This document shows positions 29,245 to 39,259 of a DNA stretch of 64,000 nucleotides, piece after piece. A model generated the notes under the pieces. It did not search any database. It was not told where the DNA came from and saw only the letters and a program-made list of their open reading frames with translations. The stretch lies in the NCBI GenBank assembly GCA_963701965.1, contig OY969695.1:3200001-3264000 (forward strand). Direction: 5' to 3'. Each line of letters begins with the position of its first letter. Positions within the stretch are counted from its first letter, which is position 1. Origin of the DNA: an uncultured Gemmatimonadales bacterium. Lineage in GTDB: Bacteria; Gemmatimonadota; Gemmatimonadetes; Gemmatimonadales; Gemmatimonadaceae. The position numbers were made by a program, and so were the translations under genes.

Positions 29245-30174
29245 TCAGCGTCTGCAGTCGAGCGACGTCAGGTCCACCTGATACAGATTCCGCGAGCCGT
29301 TGTAGATGTTCGACAGCGCTTCCTGCTCGACCTCGGCGTACGTCGCGCGCGAGGGCCGTGGCGCCCGGTCGGGATTGGGGGTAAGCCGGTCGCTCCAGAA
29401 GTACAACCGCTGGCCGTCGGCACTGACCCAGGGATCTCCCGCGTTCGCGGAGTTCACCGGCGCCTGGAATCGTTTCGGGGACGCCCAACCGTCGCCCGTC
29501 CGACAACTGACAAAGAGATTGCTCTTGCCGGCTGGTCCGTCATTGTCGAACACGACGAACCGTTCATCGGCCGCGATGCTCGGATCCCCGCCGGGAAACG
29601 GCAACGCTTGTGGAGCCGCGTAGCCGCCTCCCGCCGGTTCCGCCCTGTAGATCGTACTGCCCCGCGAGAAATACAGGGTACCGCTCGATGTCAGCGATGG
29701 CGCGAATGACGACGTGTCGGTATTGACGCTCAGTCCCAACGGGACGGGGCTTCCCCAGCTCCCCTGCGCGCCGCGCGGGACGCGCCACATGTTGAAGTTG
29801 TGGCGCGGCGCGTTCACTTGATCGCCCGGATACGGGCGGTTGGAGATGAACAGGAGGGTCCGACCGTCCGGTGCAAAAGCGGGATCGCCATCGCGCCACA
29901 CGCCGGAGAACGTGGCCACTTCGGGAGTCCCCCAACTCGCCCCCCGGCGATGGGACTCGACGATCGTCATGTGCCGGAAGAGATGGTCGGTGACGACGTA
30001 CAGCAGCGTCTGCCCGTCCGGCGAGACCGTCGCCTTGAATTCCTCGGCGGGAGTCGAGATCACTCCCGGCCCGAGGATCGTTGGTTCCGCGGCGAGACGC
30101 ACCGAATCCGACCCTTGGGCCCACGCGAGCCGGGAGATCATGAGGGCCGCAACCGCTATCGCACGAGTGATCAT
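29245..30174 (-). CDS. Secreted TolB-like (PD40-repeat) beta-propeller protein
   Basis: GPGVIST, SPDGQTL, DPAFAPDGRTLLFISNR, PWVSADGQRLYF repeats; signal peptide. Confidence 0.82.
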   Translation of the reverse strand: MITRAIAVAALMISRLAWAQGSDSVRLAAEPTILGPGVISTPAEEFKATVSPDGQTLLYVVTDHLFRHMTIVESHRRGASWGTPEVATFSGVWRDGDPAFAPDGRTLLFISNRPYPGDQVNAPRHNFNMWRVPRGAQGSWGSPVPLGLSVNTDTSSFAPSLTSSGTLYFSRGSTIYRAEPAGGGYAAPQALPFPGGDPSIAADERFVVFDNDGPAGKSNLFVSCRTGDGWASPKRFQAPVNSANAGDPWVSADGQRLYFWSDRLTPNPDRAPRPSRATYAEVEQEALSNIYNGSRNLYQVDLTSLDCRR

Positions 30175-30365
30175 GGGTCGAAGATATGACGGGCGCCGAG
30201 ACCGCTTCATACCCGTGCAGCGAGTGGCATCCGCCGTGCAGCCAATGGATCTGTTCGCCCCTCCCGTACCCATGAGACGCCGTCTACGACCAAAGTAGGT
30301 CTAGGCGCCCGAAACGGCGCCCACTTATGGTATAGCTGCCGAATGATGTGGCGTGGAGGCAAAAC

Positions 30366-30923
30366 ATGGCTCAAGACCAAGACTGGGCGACACCGCAGGC
30401 GATGGCGATCCCGGCCGAAGGGTACTTTGCGCTCGAGCGCGGCCGGTACGGGCCCACGTACCCCAGGACACCGGCGTGTCACGGCTTCACGATCATCGCC
30501 AGGATCAAGCCTGGTACGGAGGCGGAGATCCGGGCGTATGGGAAGAAACTCGCCAATGCGGTGGCCGCCAGCCCCCACGTGCTGGCGCCGCTCCAGCTGC
30601 ACTACCTGCGGTGGGTACTCTTCGACATCGGGAAGGACAAGTACTTCATGTACCAAGGCATCTTCGACACCGATTTCGACAAGTACACCGAGGACGCCAT
30701 CGCGCTCTTCACGCAGACGGGCCTCAACACGATCTTCGAGAAGCTCGAGGGATTCCCCGCGGACTGGCAGACGAATGCACCGGCGTTCATCCAGTTCGTC
30801 CGCGATCACCAACGCCCGAGCTTCTTGGAGTATGGCGAGTATCCCTACGTCTCGGCCCCCGAGATCAAGCGGGCGTTGGCTCTCAAGAAGTCGTTCTCCG
30901 AAATGCTCGACGAAATGCAATGA
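30366..30923 (+). CDS. Hypothetical protein, first gene of the DyP operon
   Basis: GGAGG RBS; LHYLRWVLFD...FMYQGIFDTDFDKY resembles small proteins encoded beside DyP peroxidases (recalled, not searched). Confidence 0.75.
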   Translation: MAQDQDWATPQAMAIPAEGYFALERGRYGPTYPRTPACHGFTIIARIKPGTEAEIRAYGKKLANAVAASPHVLAPLQLHYLRWVLFDIGKDKYFMYQGIFDTDFDKYTEDAIALFTQTGLNTIFEKLEGFPADWQTNAPAFIQFVRDHQRPSFLEYGEYPYVSAPEIKRALALKKSFSEMLDEMQ

Positions 30924-30940
30924 AGTCGTGAGCGCCGCCG

Positions 30941-32248
30941 ATGCTCGAGCTCGACGACATTCAGCATTTTCTCTTGACGCGCACCCCGGCGCTCGCGGCG
31001 CGGTATGAGTTCCTGACGTTCAAACACGCGGCCGCGGGAAAGGCGTGGCTGGCGGAGATGGTGGACAAGGTCGGCACCGGGGCCGGGGCTCGCAGCGGCG
31101 CACCGGAAACGCGGTGGGTGACCGTGGCCTTCACATGGAATGGCCTCCGAGCTTTCGGAATCGACGAGGCGGACCTGGCCACGTTTCCCGAAGAGTTTCG
31201 CCAGGGCCTCCCGGCCCGCGCGGAGATTCTCGGCATCACGGGAGCCAGTCACCCTGATCGCTGGGAAAGCGGTTTGACGAGCCCGGCGCTGCACGCCATC
31301 GTCATCCTCTTTGCCCGTGACGCCGCCGCGCGCGAGGTCGCGACGCGCCAACACCGCGAGTATCTGGCGCGCATCGGCGGAGTGACGGTCCTCGCGTCGT
31401 TGGATCTGGAGGCGATCCCGCCGTACGACGACATTCGCGAGCACTTTGGCTACCGGGACCGACTCTCCGAAACCGTGATCGAGGGCACGGGTGTCGAACC
31501 CACGCCGGGATCGGGCCGGCCCATCAAGGCCGGCGAGTTCATTCTCGGGTATCCGGACGAAAGGGGCCAACCCGCATTGCCTCGACCCGAGCGACTGTCG
31601 CGCAATGGGAGCTTCTTGGCCTACCTCCGGATGCAGGAGCACGTCGGTGCGTTTCGCGATTTCTTGGAACGGCAGGCCGAAACGCCCGACGAGCAAGAGA
31701 TGATCGCGGCCAAGCTCATGGGGCGCTGGCGGAGTGGCGCGCCCCTGGTCCTGGCGCCGGACCGGGACGATCCGGCTTTGGGTCGAGACATGCAACGCAC
31801 GAACGACTTCGACTACGGCACGATGGATCCCCGAGGGTATCGCTGCCCGGTCGGCTCGCACATCCGGCGGATGAATCCGCGCGACACGGTCGAGAACATG
31901 GAGCGGCGAAGAATGATCCGGCGCGGCGCCACGTATGGGCCGGCGCTACCGGCCCACGCGCCGGAGGACGGCGTGGACCGGGGGATCGCCGCCTTTGTGG
32001 GGTGCGCGTCACTCGTTCGGCAGTTCGAGTTCGCGATGAACGTGTGGGCGAATGATCCCGCATTCAAAGATCTCGGGAACGAACGAGACCCCATCATCGG
32101 CACCCAAGACGGCACGTTCGACATGACGATTCCGAGACGGCCGATTCGGAAACAGATCAAGGGCCTGCCCGCATTCACCACGATCAAAGGCGGGGCCTAC
32201 TTCTTTTTGCCGGGCATCCGGGCGCTACGGTTTCTGGCGGGCCGGTAG
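30941..32248 (+). CDS. DyP-type heme peroxidase
   Basis: DDIQ, VAFT, EHFGYRD (distal Asp), NGSFL, AKLMGRWRSGAP, SHIRRMNPR (proximal His), IRRG, QFEF, GGAYFFLP. Confidence 0.92.
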   Translation: MLELDDIQHFLLTRTPALAARYEFLTFKHAAAGKAWLAEMVDKVGTGAGARSGAPETRWVTVAFTWNGLRAFGIDEADLATFPEEFRQGLPARAEILGITGASHPDRWESGLTSPALHAIVILFARDAAAREVATRQHREYLARIGGVTVLASLDLEAIPPYDDIREHFGYRDRLSETVIEGTGVEPTPGSGRPIKAGEFILGYPDERGQPALPRPERLSRNGSFLAYLRMQEHVGAFRDFLERQAETPDEQEMIAAKLMGRWRSGAPLVLAPDRDDPALGRDMQRTNDFDYGTMDPRGYRCPVGSHIRRMNPRDTVENMERRRMIRRGATYGPALPAHAPEDGVDRGIAAFVGCASLVRQFEFAMNVWANDPAFKDLGNERDPIIGTQDGTFDMTIPRRPIRKQIKGLPAFTTIKGGAYFFLPGIRALRFLAGR

Positions 32249-32258
32249 GGTTTCTCCC

Positions 32259-33275
32259 ATGACACCGCTCAAGAATCATCCGCGGACGTACAATCAGGTG
32301 CAGATCCCCCGCAAGTACACGCCGGGAAAGCCGCGTTTCAGCGTGTATTGGACGTGGAGTTACCCCTGGGAGGCCAATCGTGACGTCACCGAGTTGGACA
32401 ATCGGTTCTCCACGATGACCGAGGTGCGACGCGTGGGTTGGCCGGCGTATGAGTCGGAGGCGTTTTCCGAAGCGAATTTCCTGCAAGGCATCGCCGGAAC
32501 GCTCGAGCTTTTTCATCTCTCGCTCCTCCGATTCCAGGAAATGGTCGGTGAGATCACCGGCCACCCGGTGGCGGTGTACCAGCGTATCGATCAGGCGGGC
32601 CAGAGACTGCATCTCGACCAGGGCGTGCTCGACGACACGGACACCCTCATGGTCTTCGGGCTCGATCATGTCTTGACGGAACAGGAGGCCACGCCCGAGG
32701 AGATCGAGGCGGTGCGGCAGTTCGTGTCGCGCGAAGGAACGACGTTGATCTTAGGACCGCATCACGACGTCGGCGCGTCGATGGATTTCAAGGAGCGTGA
32801 CCTGGAATACGACCACCACGGCGATCCGCTGGTGCCGCGCCAGCAGCGCTTCGGCCGGTACACGCGCTCGCTCATGAAAGGGTTGGGCGTGCCGGTGGAA
32901 AACCGCTACGGCCTTCGACCGGCCACGCTGAAGGGGACGGATCGTCTGCAGCCGCTCGTCACCGCCAATGACCTGGACCCTCACGGCTGGCTCGAGGGCG
33001 TGACCACCTTCAACTTCCACCCGCATCTGCCGCACTACGCGGTCACGACGGATGTACAAGGCGCCATCCATGTCTTGGCCCGGCAGCCGGTCGATCTGTC
33101 ACACCCGCATCCGTTCACGGAGGCCGGTAACCGCGAGTTCAACATGTTCCTCTGGATGCCGCCGGCGGGAGCACGGGGCGGCGACATCTTGCTCGCGGAC
33201 TCCACGATTTTCACGACGTTGTTCGGCGCCGACGAGAGTCTCCAGCGTTTCTGGAAGAATCTTGCGACGCGATGA
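32259..33275 (+). CDS. His-rich hypothetical protein in the DyP operon
   Basis: Well-formed 338-aa ORF; motifs YWTWSYPWE, FGLDH, GPHHDVG, HHGD, FHPHLPH. Confidence 0.75.
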   Translation: MTPLKNHPRTYNQVQIPRKYTPGKPRFSVYWTWSYPWEANRDVTELDNRFSTMTEVRRVGWPAYESEAFSEANFLQGIAGTLELFHLSLLRFQEMVGEITGHPVAVYQRIDQAGQRLHLDQGVLDDTDTLMVFGLDHVLTEQEATPEEIEAVRQFVSREGTTLILGPHHDVGASMDFKERDLEYDHHGDPLVPRQQRFGRYTRSLMKGLGVPVENRYGLRPATLKGTDRLQPLVTANDLDPHGWLEGVTTFNFHPHLPHYAVTTDVQGAIHVLARQPVDLSHPHPFTEAGNREFNMFLWMPPAGARGGDILLADSTIFTTLFGADESLQRFWKNLATR

Positions 33276-34213
33276 GGGGGCGGAAGCCGCTATCGCGAGC
33301 GCGCGTCCTTCACCTGGTCGCCGTCTGCCTCTTCGCTGCCAGCTCCGTGGCCGAAGCGCAAGTCCGGGGCGTGTACCCCCTCGGATTGAGTGCGATCAAT
33401 TCGGGAGTGACACCGGAGCCAGGCTTGAGCTACTCGAATGCCCTGTTGTTCTACTCGCGTGACGAGCTGAGAGGCGCGAACGGCGCGGTCGAGGCCACTG
33501 GGCAGCAGGCGGTCCTCATGGACCTCAACAGCCTGGTGTGGGTGTTCAAGAATAGAATCCCGGCCTTGGGCGGCGCGATATTCTCCTTCTCCGCCACCCT
33601 CCCCATAGCGACCAACTCGCTCACATCCACTGGGGACGGCCCGGTGAGCGGCGGCGGTGGCTTCGCGGACTCGTTCTATCAACCGCTGATTCTCGCGTGG
33701 CGAACGCCGCGCGCCGACATTCGCCTGGTGTATGGGTTCCTGGCGCCGACGGGGCGATTCAGTGCGACGTCGAGCAACAACGTCGGATCGGGCTATTGGA
33801 CGTCCGTCGTGTCGTCAGGCCAGACGTGGTATCTCACGCAGGACAAAGCGACCACGATATCGATGTTCGAGATGTATGAGCTTCCCGGCGGGCAGTCCGG
33901 CACGGACATTCATCCCGGCGACACGTTCGACCTCGACTACTCGGTCCTGCACTCGCTCCGTTTGTCCGAAGACATCCGGGTGCAGCTTGGCATCGTTGGC
34001 TACGGGCAGTGGCAGACGACCGCGCGGACCGGGCCGACGATAACCCCCGCCCAAACCGCCGCGCGCTACCGCGTCAATGCGCTGGGGCTCGCCGCGAGCG
34101 TGATCCTCCCGGCGCGGAACGTCAGCGTGGGGCTCAAGTATTTCCATGAGTTCGACAACCGATCGACGTTTCAAGGGCAATCACTCCAGATCACCGAGGC
34201 GATCACGTTCTAG
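33272..34213 (+). CDS. Outer-membrane channel (SphA/phenol-degradation MetA-like transporter)
   Basis: Signal peptide, GFADSFYQPLILAW, APTGRF...NVGSGYWT, DIHPGD, C-terminal Phe; ATGA overlap with the upstream gene. Confidence 0.8.
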   Translation: MRGRKPLSRARVLHLVAVCLFAASSVAEAQVRGVYPLGLSAINSGVTPEPGLSYSNALLFYSRDELRGANGAVEATGQQAVLMDLNSLVWVFKNRIPALGGAIFSFSATLPIATNSLTSTGDGPVSGGGGFADSFYQPLILAWRTPRADIRLVYGFLAPTGRFSATSSNNVGSGYWTSVVSSGQTWYLTQDKATTISMFEMYELPGGQSGTDIHPGDTFDLDYSVLHSLRLSEDIRVQLGIVGYGQWQTTARTGPTITPAQTAARYRVNALGLAASVILPARNVSVGLKYFHEFDNRSTFQGQSLQITEAITF

Positions 34214-34264
34214 CGTTGTCGATCCAAAGAATCGTGTTGACAGCGTCGACGTTTCGCCGTACAC

Positions 34265-34858
34265 ATGCCGGAAGTGACGGCCTCGTTACCGCACGTCGAC
34301 ACCCACTCGAGCGCACGCGCCGAGGACGAGGCGCTGTTGGCGCGCGTCCGTGTCGGCGATCACGTGGCGTTCGAGCAACTGTTTCGCCGGTACGCCGAAC
34401 CGTTGTATGAGTGCGCGTACGGGTACGTCGGGTCGCGCGACGCGGCGCAGGAGATTGTTCAACAGTTGTTCGTGACCCTTTGGGAGCGTCGGAGGGTCTG
34501 GGAAGTATCGGGCTCGGTGGCCACCTATCTCTATCGCGCCACGCGCAATGGATCGCTGAACGCGCTGCGCGATGGGCGCCGGCGCTTGGAGTTCCGCGCG
34601 TCTGTGCTAGACGCGGCGGACGCGGTGGCACCCCGGATCGAACAAGACCTCGCGGCACTGGAGCTGGCGCAGGCCGTGGGAAAGGTCGTCGCCCGTTTGC
34701 CCGAACGCTGCCGCGAAGTGTTTCGGCTGAATCGCTACCATCATCTCACCTACGCGGAAGTCGCGCAGGTGCTCGGTCTCTCGGTCAAGACGGTCGAGAT
34801 ACACATGGCGCGCGCGCTCAAAGAGCTGCGGTTGCGCCTCGGCGGGTGGAGCACGTGA
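34265..34858 (+). CDS. ECF sigma-70 factor (FecI-like)
   Basis: AFEQLFRRY, AQEIVQQLFVTLWERR, LPERCREVF, LTYAEVAQVLGLSVKTVE. Confidence 0.92.
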   Translation: MPEVTASLPHVDTHSSARAEDEALLARVRVGDHVAFEQLFRRYAEPLYECAYGYVGSRDAAQEIVQQLFVTLWERRRVWEVSGSVATYLYRATRNGSLNALRDGRRRLEFRASVLDAADAVAPRIEQDLAALELAQAVGKVVARLPERCREVFRLNRYHHLTYAEVAQVLGLSVKTVEIHMARALKELRLRLGGWST

Positions 34859-34899
34859 TCGACTAGGGGTCGGAGGGGGCGTCGGGTGTTAGGGGGGCA

Positions 34900-35910
34900 A
34901 TGACCCCTGACGACATCGACGACGCGCTGCTGGCGCGTTACCTGGCCCATGAGTGCACGCCGGCCGAGGCGGCGCTCATCCGCCAATGGATCGCGGGGGA
35001 CCCCGAGCGCGAGCACATGGTCGAGCGCGTGCGGGCGGCGTTCGAGAGTCCGGCACACGCGCCCAGGCGGCCGGACGTCGACGCCATGTGGGTCCAGGTG
35101 CGCGAGCGCGCGGCGCGCGCCGCGATGGCGCAGGTCACCGTCCCGCGGCTCGCGCGTACCGTGCGACCGTGGCGCCTGCCGATTGGATTAGTCGCGGCCG
35201 GAGTGACCACCGTCGCGGCCGTGATGGCCAACCGGTTCATCAATCAGTGGTCGGCCAAACACAGCGCGGTGCGCGAGGTCGCCACGGCCACCGGCCAACG
35301 CGCCACAGTCGATCTCGCCGATGGGAGCCGCGTCATCCTCGGCGTACGCAGTCGACTCCGGATGCCGGAGCGATTCGGTGACGGCCCGCGCGATGTGACA
35401 CTCGACGGCGAGGCGTACTTCGAGGTGCGGCACGACGTCGCGCACCCCTTCCGCGTCCACGCCAATGGCGGTGTGGCCGAAGATCTGGGCACCCGATTCG
35501 TGGTGCGCGCGTACGCCGGCGAGCCCGTGAAGGTCGTAGTGGCGCAGGGGCGCGTGTCCGTGACCCGAGGCGGCCCAGCGGTCGCCCTCGGCGCCGGCCA
35601 GCTGGCCAGTCTCGATGCCCAAGGCACCGCGTGGGTCCGGCCCGTGGACACCGCCGCTTATCTCGCGTTCACCGACGGACGCCTCGTCTTCGATGGGACG
35701 CCATTGAGCGAGGTCGTGGCCGAATTGGGCCGCTGGTACGATCTCGACATTCATCTCGCCGCGCCGGAGTTGGCCGGTCGACACATCTCCGCTTCCTTCG
35801 CCGGCCTGGCCGCCGACGATGTGTTCGGCGCGGTCGCTGCCGCCGCCGAACTGCGCTACACCCGCCAGGGTCGCACCGTCACGTTTTCTCGCGCCAGAGG
35901 TAACCCGTGA
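34900..35910 (+). CDS. fecR: FecR-family anti-sigma/transmembrane sensor
   Basis: LADGSRVIL, RDVTLDGEAYFEV, DLGTRFVV, LVFDGTPLSEVVAELGRWY. Confidence 0.92.
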   Translation: MTPDDIDDALLARYLAHECTPAEAALIRQWIAGDPEREHMVERVRAAFESPAHAPRRPDVDAMWVQVRERAARAAMAQVTVPRLARTVRPWRLPIGLVAAGVTTVAAVMANRFINQWSAKHSAVREVATATGQRATVDLADGSRVILGVRSRLRMPERFGDGPRDVTLDGEAYFEVRHDVAHPFRVHANGGVAEDLGTRFVVRAYAGEPVKVVVAQGRVSVTRGGPAVALGAGQLASLDAQGTAWVRPVDTAAYLAFTDGRLVFDGTPLSEVVAELGRWYDLDIHLAAPELAGRHISASFAGLAADDVFGAVAAAAELRYTRQGRTVTFSRARGNP

Positions 35911-38900
35911 GAGTCCCGCTCCTGCTCGCCTTCCTGAGGGCGACCGCTCTGCTCCCGCAACAGCCCGCGCCGTTTCTCGCCAGCGACCGCGGACCAGCGT
36001 TCTTCATGGTTCGGACCCCGGGCGGCAAACGAGAGGAGGCCAACGGTGCGGCCGCGTTTCGCCGGCGACTCTCCCTGAATCTCCAGGACGTGTCGATCGC
36101 CGATGCCCTGACGGCGATCTCCGAGCAGACCGGCATCCGGTTCGTCTACATGCGCGAGGAAGTGCCGGTCGACCGGCACGTGTCCCTCGCCGCGCAGGAC
36201 ATTGCGTTGGCCGCGGCGCTCACCGAGGTGCTCTTCGACACGGGTGTCGACGTCGAGCTCCTGAGCGGGGGGCAGATCGCGCTGGTCAAACATCAGATCG
36301 TGCCGGCCAAGAAAGCCGACGCCGTCCGGCGGATCACCGGACGCGTGATCGACGCCGAGACCAAGGTCCCGCTGCCAGGAGCCGCGGTGACCGTGCCGGG
36401 AACCACGGTCGGGGCCACCACGTCGGACAGCGGGACGTTCGCGTTAGTCCTGCCGGACAATGCCAACACCCTGTCGGTGCGGCGCATCGGGTACCGGCAG
36501 ATGAGCCTCACGCTGACCGCGGACCAGACGGACATCACGGTCGAGCTGACCAAGGACCCGCTCAAGCTGGAGACCCAAGTCGTGACCGGCGTCGCGACGA
36601 CGATCTCCTCGCGCAACGCCGCCAATGCCGTCGCCGTGGTGAATGCCGATCAGATCACATCGGTCCCGTCGCCGACGCTGGAGAACGCCCTCCAGGCGAA
36701 GATCCCCGGCGCGACAATCGAGCAGAACAACGGCGGCGCTCCCGGTGGTGGCCTGCAGATTCAGATTCGGGGCATCACGTCGATCGAAGCCGCCGCGTCG
36801 CCGCTCTACGTCATCGACGGCGTCATCGTCAACAACGAGACCACGAACTCCGGTCTCAACGCCATCACCCAGGCGGCGCTCGGAACGCCGGGCTACACCT
36901 CGACATTGCAGTTCTTCCAGGACAATAGCCCCAATCGCCTCGCCGACATCAACCCCAACGACATCGAGTCGATCGAAGTGCTCAAAGGCTCATCGGCGTC
37001 GGCGATCTACGGCTCCAAGGCGGCGTCGGGCGTGGTGGTCATTACGACGAAGAAAGGTTCCTCGGGGAAGACGCAATGGAGCGTGACGCAGCGCTTCGGC
37101 ACGTTCACGCTGGCCAACGATCTGCCGCTCCGCACCTTCCCGACGCTGGGGAGCGCGCAATCGTGGTATCTCAATGACGTCAAGTCCGGCGATATCGCCA
37201 CCCCCGCGGCCGGCGGAGACAGCGCCTTCATCAAGTCGGTCTATGGCGGACCGCAGGACTACCAGAACCAGCTCTTCGGTGGCGGGGAGCTGTCGTACGA
37301 GACGGACGTGAGTGCCCGCGGTGCGAGCGAGAGTGGCAAGACGACGTACTTCCTGTCCGGACTCACCAAGTACGACAACGGTATTCTGCTCAACAGCGGC
37401 TACAACAAGCAGTCGATCCGGACGAACATCTCCCAGACGGTTTTCTCGAACGTGACGATCTCCGCCAACCTGTTCTACGCGAACTCGGTGACGCGTCGCG
37501 GGGTGTCCGGGAACGACAACACCGGGATCTCGCCGTACGACGTGCTGTCGTACACGCCGCAATTCATCAATCTGAACAACCGGAGCGCCACGGGCGCCTG
37601 GGCCCAGAATGTCTTCGGGCCGGCCAATCCGTTCGCGGACGCGCTCGAGATCGAGACGCCGGAAACCGTGCACCGGTTCGTTGGTGGCGGCACGATCAAC
37701 TGGATCGTCTTCCACACGGCGAACCAGAATCTGCAACTCTCGGCCATCGGGGGTGCGGACTACGCCGACGAGCGGGCCCAGCTCTATGCGCCGCCCGATC
37801 TCCAGATCGAGCAGAGCCTGCCCAGTGGGTTGCCCGGGGTCGCGACGACGAACGAGGCGAACACCCAGTACATCAACTACTCGGTGAGCCTCATCCACCA
37901 CTACGCGGCATCGTTCGCGGATGCGACGACGTCGATCGGCATCGCCGACGACCAGCGGTCGTTTTACAACCCGAACATTGTAGGGCTCAATCTCGTCCCG
38001 GGGCAGAACAGTTTCACCGCGGCCTCGGTCCAGAATGGGTATTACACGCAGTCGGGTCTGCGGGACTTCTCGTTCTATGGCCAGGAGCAGGTACTGCTCC
38101 TGGCGCAGCGTCTGGCCGTCACGGGAGGCGTAACGGCCCAACGCAGCTCGAACAATGGTGACGCGTCGAAGTACTATGTCTACCCCAAGCTGTCGGCCTC
38201 GCTTCGCATCCCCGGCCTGCCGAAGTTCCTCGATGATCTCAAGCTGCGCGCGGCCTACGGACAGTCTGGTACCGAGCCGACATACGGGGTCAAGTTCAGC
38301 GGCCTCCAGCAACAGATCGTCGGCACCGCCAGCGGCACGTACACGACGGCGACGCTCGGCGACCCGAATGTCACTCCGGAGGCCAATACCGAGATCGAGG
38401 CCGGCCTCGACGCCACCATGTTCGCGTCCCGCGCGCAGTTCACGGCCACGGTCTATCAGAAACGCATCACGAACGTGCTGCTCGATGTGGCCGTGAATCC
38501 GTCGTTCGGCGCCGCGAATCAGTGGCTCAATGGCGGGCAGTTCACCAACCGCGGCATCGAGCTCTCCTTGGCGATGACGCCCGTCGAGATGCGACGCGGT
38601 CTCACCTGGACGTCGACGACGACGTTCTACCGCAATTACAGCGTCGTCGACAATCTGAGCGTGCCGGGGTTCTTTATCGGTGCCGGCGGTGGACCGTTCG
38701 GCGCGTTCCTCATTCAACCGGGTCGTTCGGTCTCCGAAGTGGTGAATACGGGAACCTTGGGCGCCGATGGCGTGCCAGTGCAGGTCGGCAATGTGCAGCC
38801 GGCGTTCCAGATGGGGTTCAGCAACGATTTCTCGTTCGATCGGTTCCACCTGCACACCGTGCTGGATTGGAAGGACGGTGGCACCGGCCAGAACGCCAAT

Positions 38901-39257
38901 AATCTGTACTTCGACAACGGTCTCTTCCTGCTCGGCGACTCGTCGGCGTCCGCCAAGCGGCTGGCGCAGCGCGCCGCCGGTCTCACGCCGTACGTCGAGG
39001 ACGCGGGCTACATCAAGCTTCGCGAAGTCACGCTCGCCTACGACCTGCCGGCGTCGATCATCCGGGTCGTCTCGCGCGGCTATCTGTCGACCGCCCGGCT
39101 CTCGGTCTCCGGACGGAATCTGTGGGCGAGCTTCAAGTACACGGGGCCAGACCCGGAGGTCAGCGGCAACGGGAATTCCGACGTCACCCGGGGCAACGAC
39201 GTCACGCAATACCCGCCCGCCCGCAGCTACTTCATCTCCCTCGACCTGGGATTCTGA
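35907..39257 (+). CDS. susC: SusC/RagA TonB-dependent transducer with N-terminal STN domain
   Basis: STN-like N-terminus, GAPGGG..IQIRG, PLYVIDG, DINPNDIESIEVLKGSSASAIYGSKAASGVVVITTKKG, KLRAAYG, KLREV, YP..RS. Confidence 0.94.
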   Translation: MRVPLLLAFLRATALLPQQPAPFLASDRGPAFFMVRTPGGKREEANGAAAFRRRLSLNLQDVSIADALTAISEQTGIRFVYMREEVPVDRHVSLAAQDIALAAALTEVLFDTGVDVELLSGGQIALVKHQIVPAKKADAVRRITGRVIDAETKVPLPGAAVTVPGTTVGATTSDSGTFALVLPDNANTLSVRRIGYRQMSLTLTADQTDITVELTKDPLKLETQVVTGVATTISSRNAANAVAVVNADQITSVPSPTLENALQAKIPGATIEQNNGGAPGGGLQIQIRGITSIEAAASPLYVIDGVIVNNETTNSGLNAITQAALGTPGYTSTLQFFQDNSPNRLADINPNDIESIEVLKGSSASAIYGSKAASGVVVITTKKGSSGKTQWSVTQRFGTFTLANDLPLRTFPTLGSAQSWYLNDVKSGDIATPAAGGDSAFIKSVYGGPQDYQNQLFGGGELSYETDVSARGASESGKTTYFLSGLTKYDNGILLNSGYNKQSIRTNISQTVFSNVTISANLFYANSVTRRGVSGNDNTGISPYDVLSYTPQFINLNNRSATGAWAQNVFGPANPFADALEIETPETVHRFVGGGTINWIVFHTANQNLQLSAIGGADYADERAQLYAPPDLQIEQSLPSGLPGVATTNEANTQYINYSVSLIHHYAASFADATTSIGIADDQRSFYNPNIVGLNLVPGQNSFTAASVQNGYYTQSGLRDFSFYGQEQVLLLAQRLAVTGGVTAQRSSNNGDASKYYVYPKLSASLRIPGLPKFLDDLKLRAAYGQSGTEPTYGVKFSGLQQQIVGTASGTYTTATLGDPNVTPEANTEIEAGLDATMFASRAQFTATVYQKRITNVLLDVAVNPSFGAANQWLNGGQFTNRGIELSLAMTPVEMRRGLTWTSTTTFYRNYSVVDNLSVPGFFIGAGGGPFGAFLIQPGRSVSEVVNTGTLGADGVPVQVGNVQPAFQMGFSNDFSFDRFHLHTVLDWKDGGTGQNANNLYFDNGLFLLGDSSASAKRLAQRAAGLTPYVEDAGYIKLREVTLAYDLPASIIRVVSRGYLSTARLSVSGRNLWASFKYTGPDPEVSGNGNSDVTRGNDVTQYPPARSYFISLDLGF

Positions 39258-39259
39258 CC

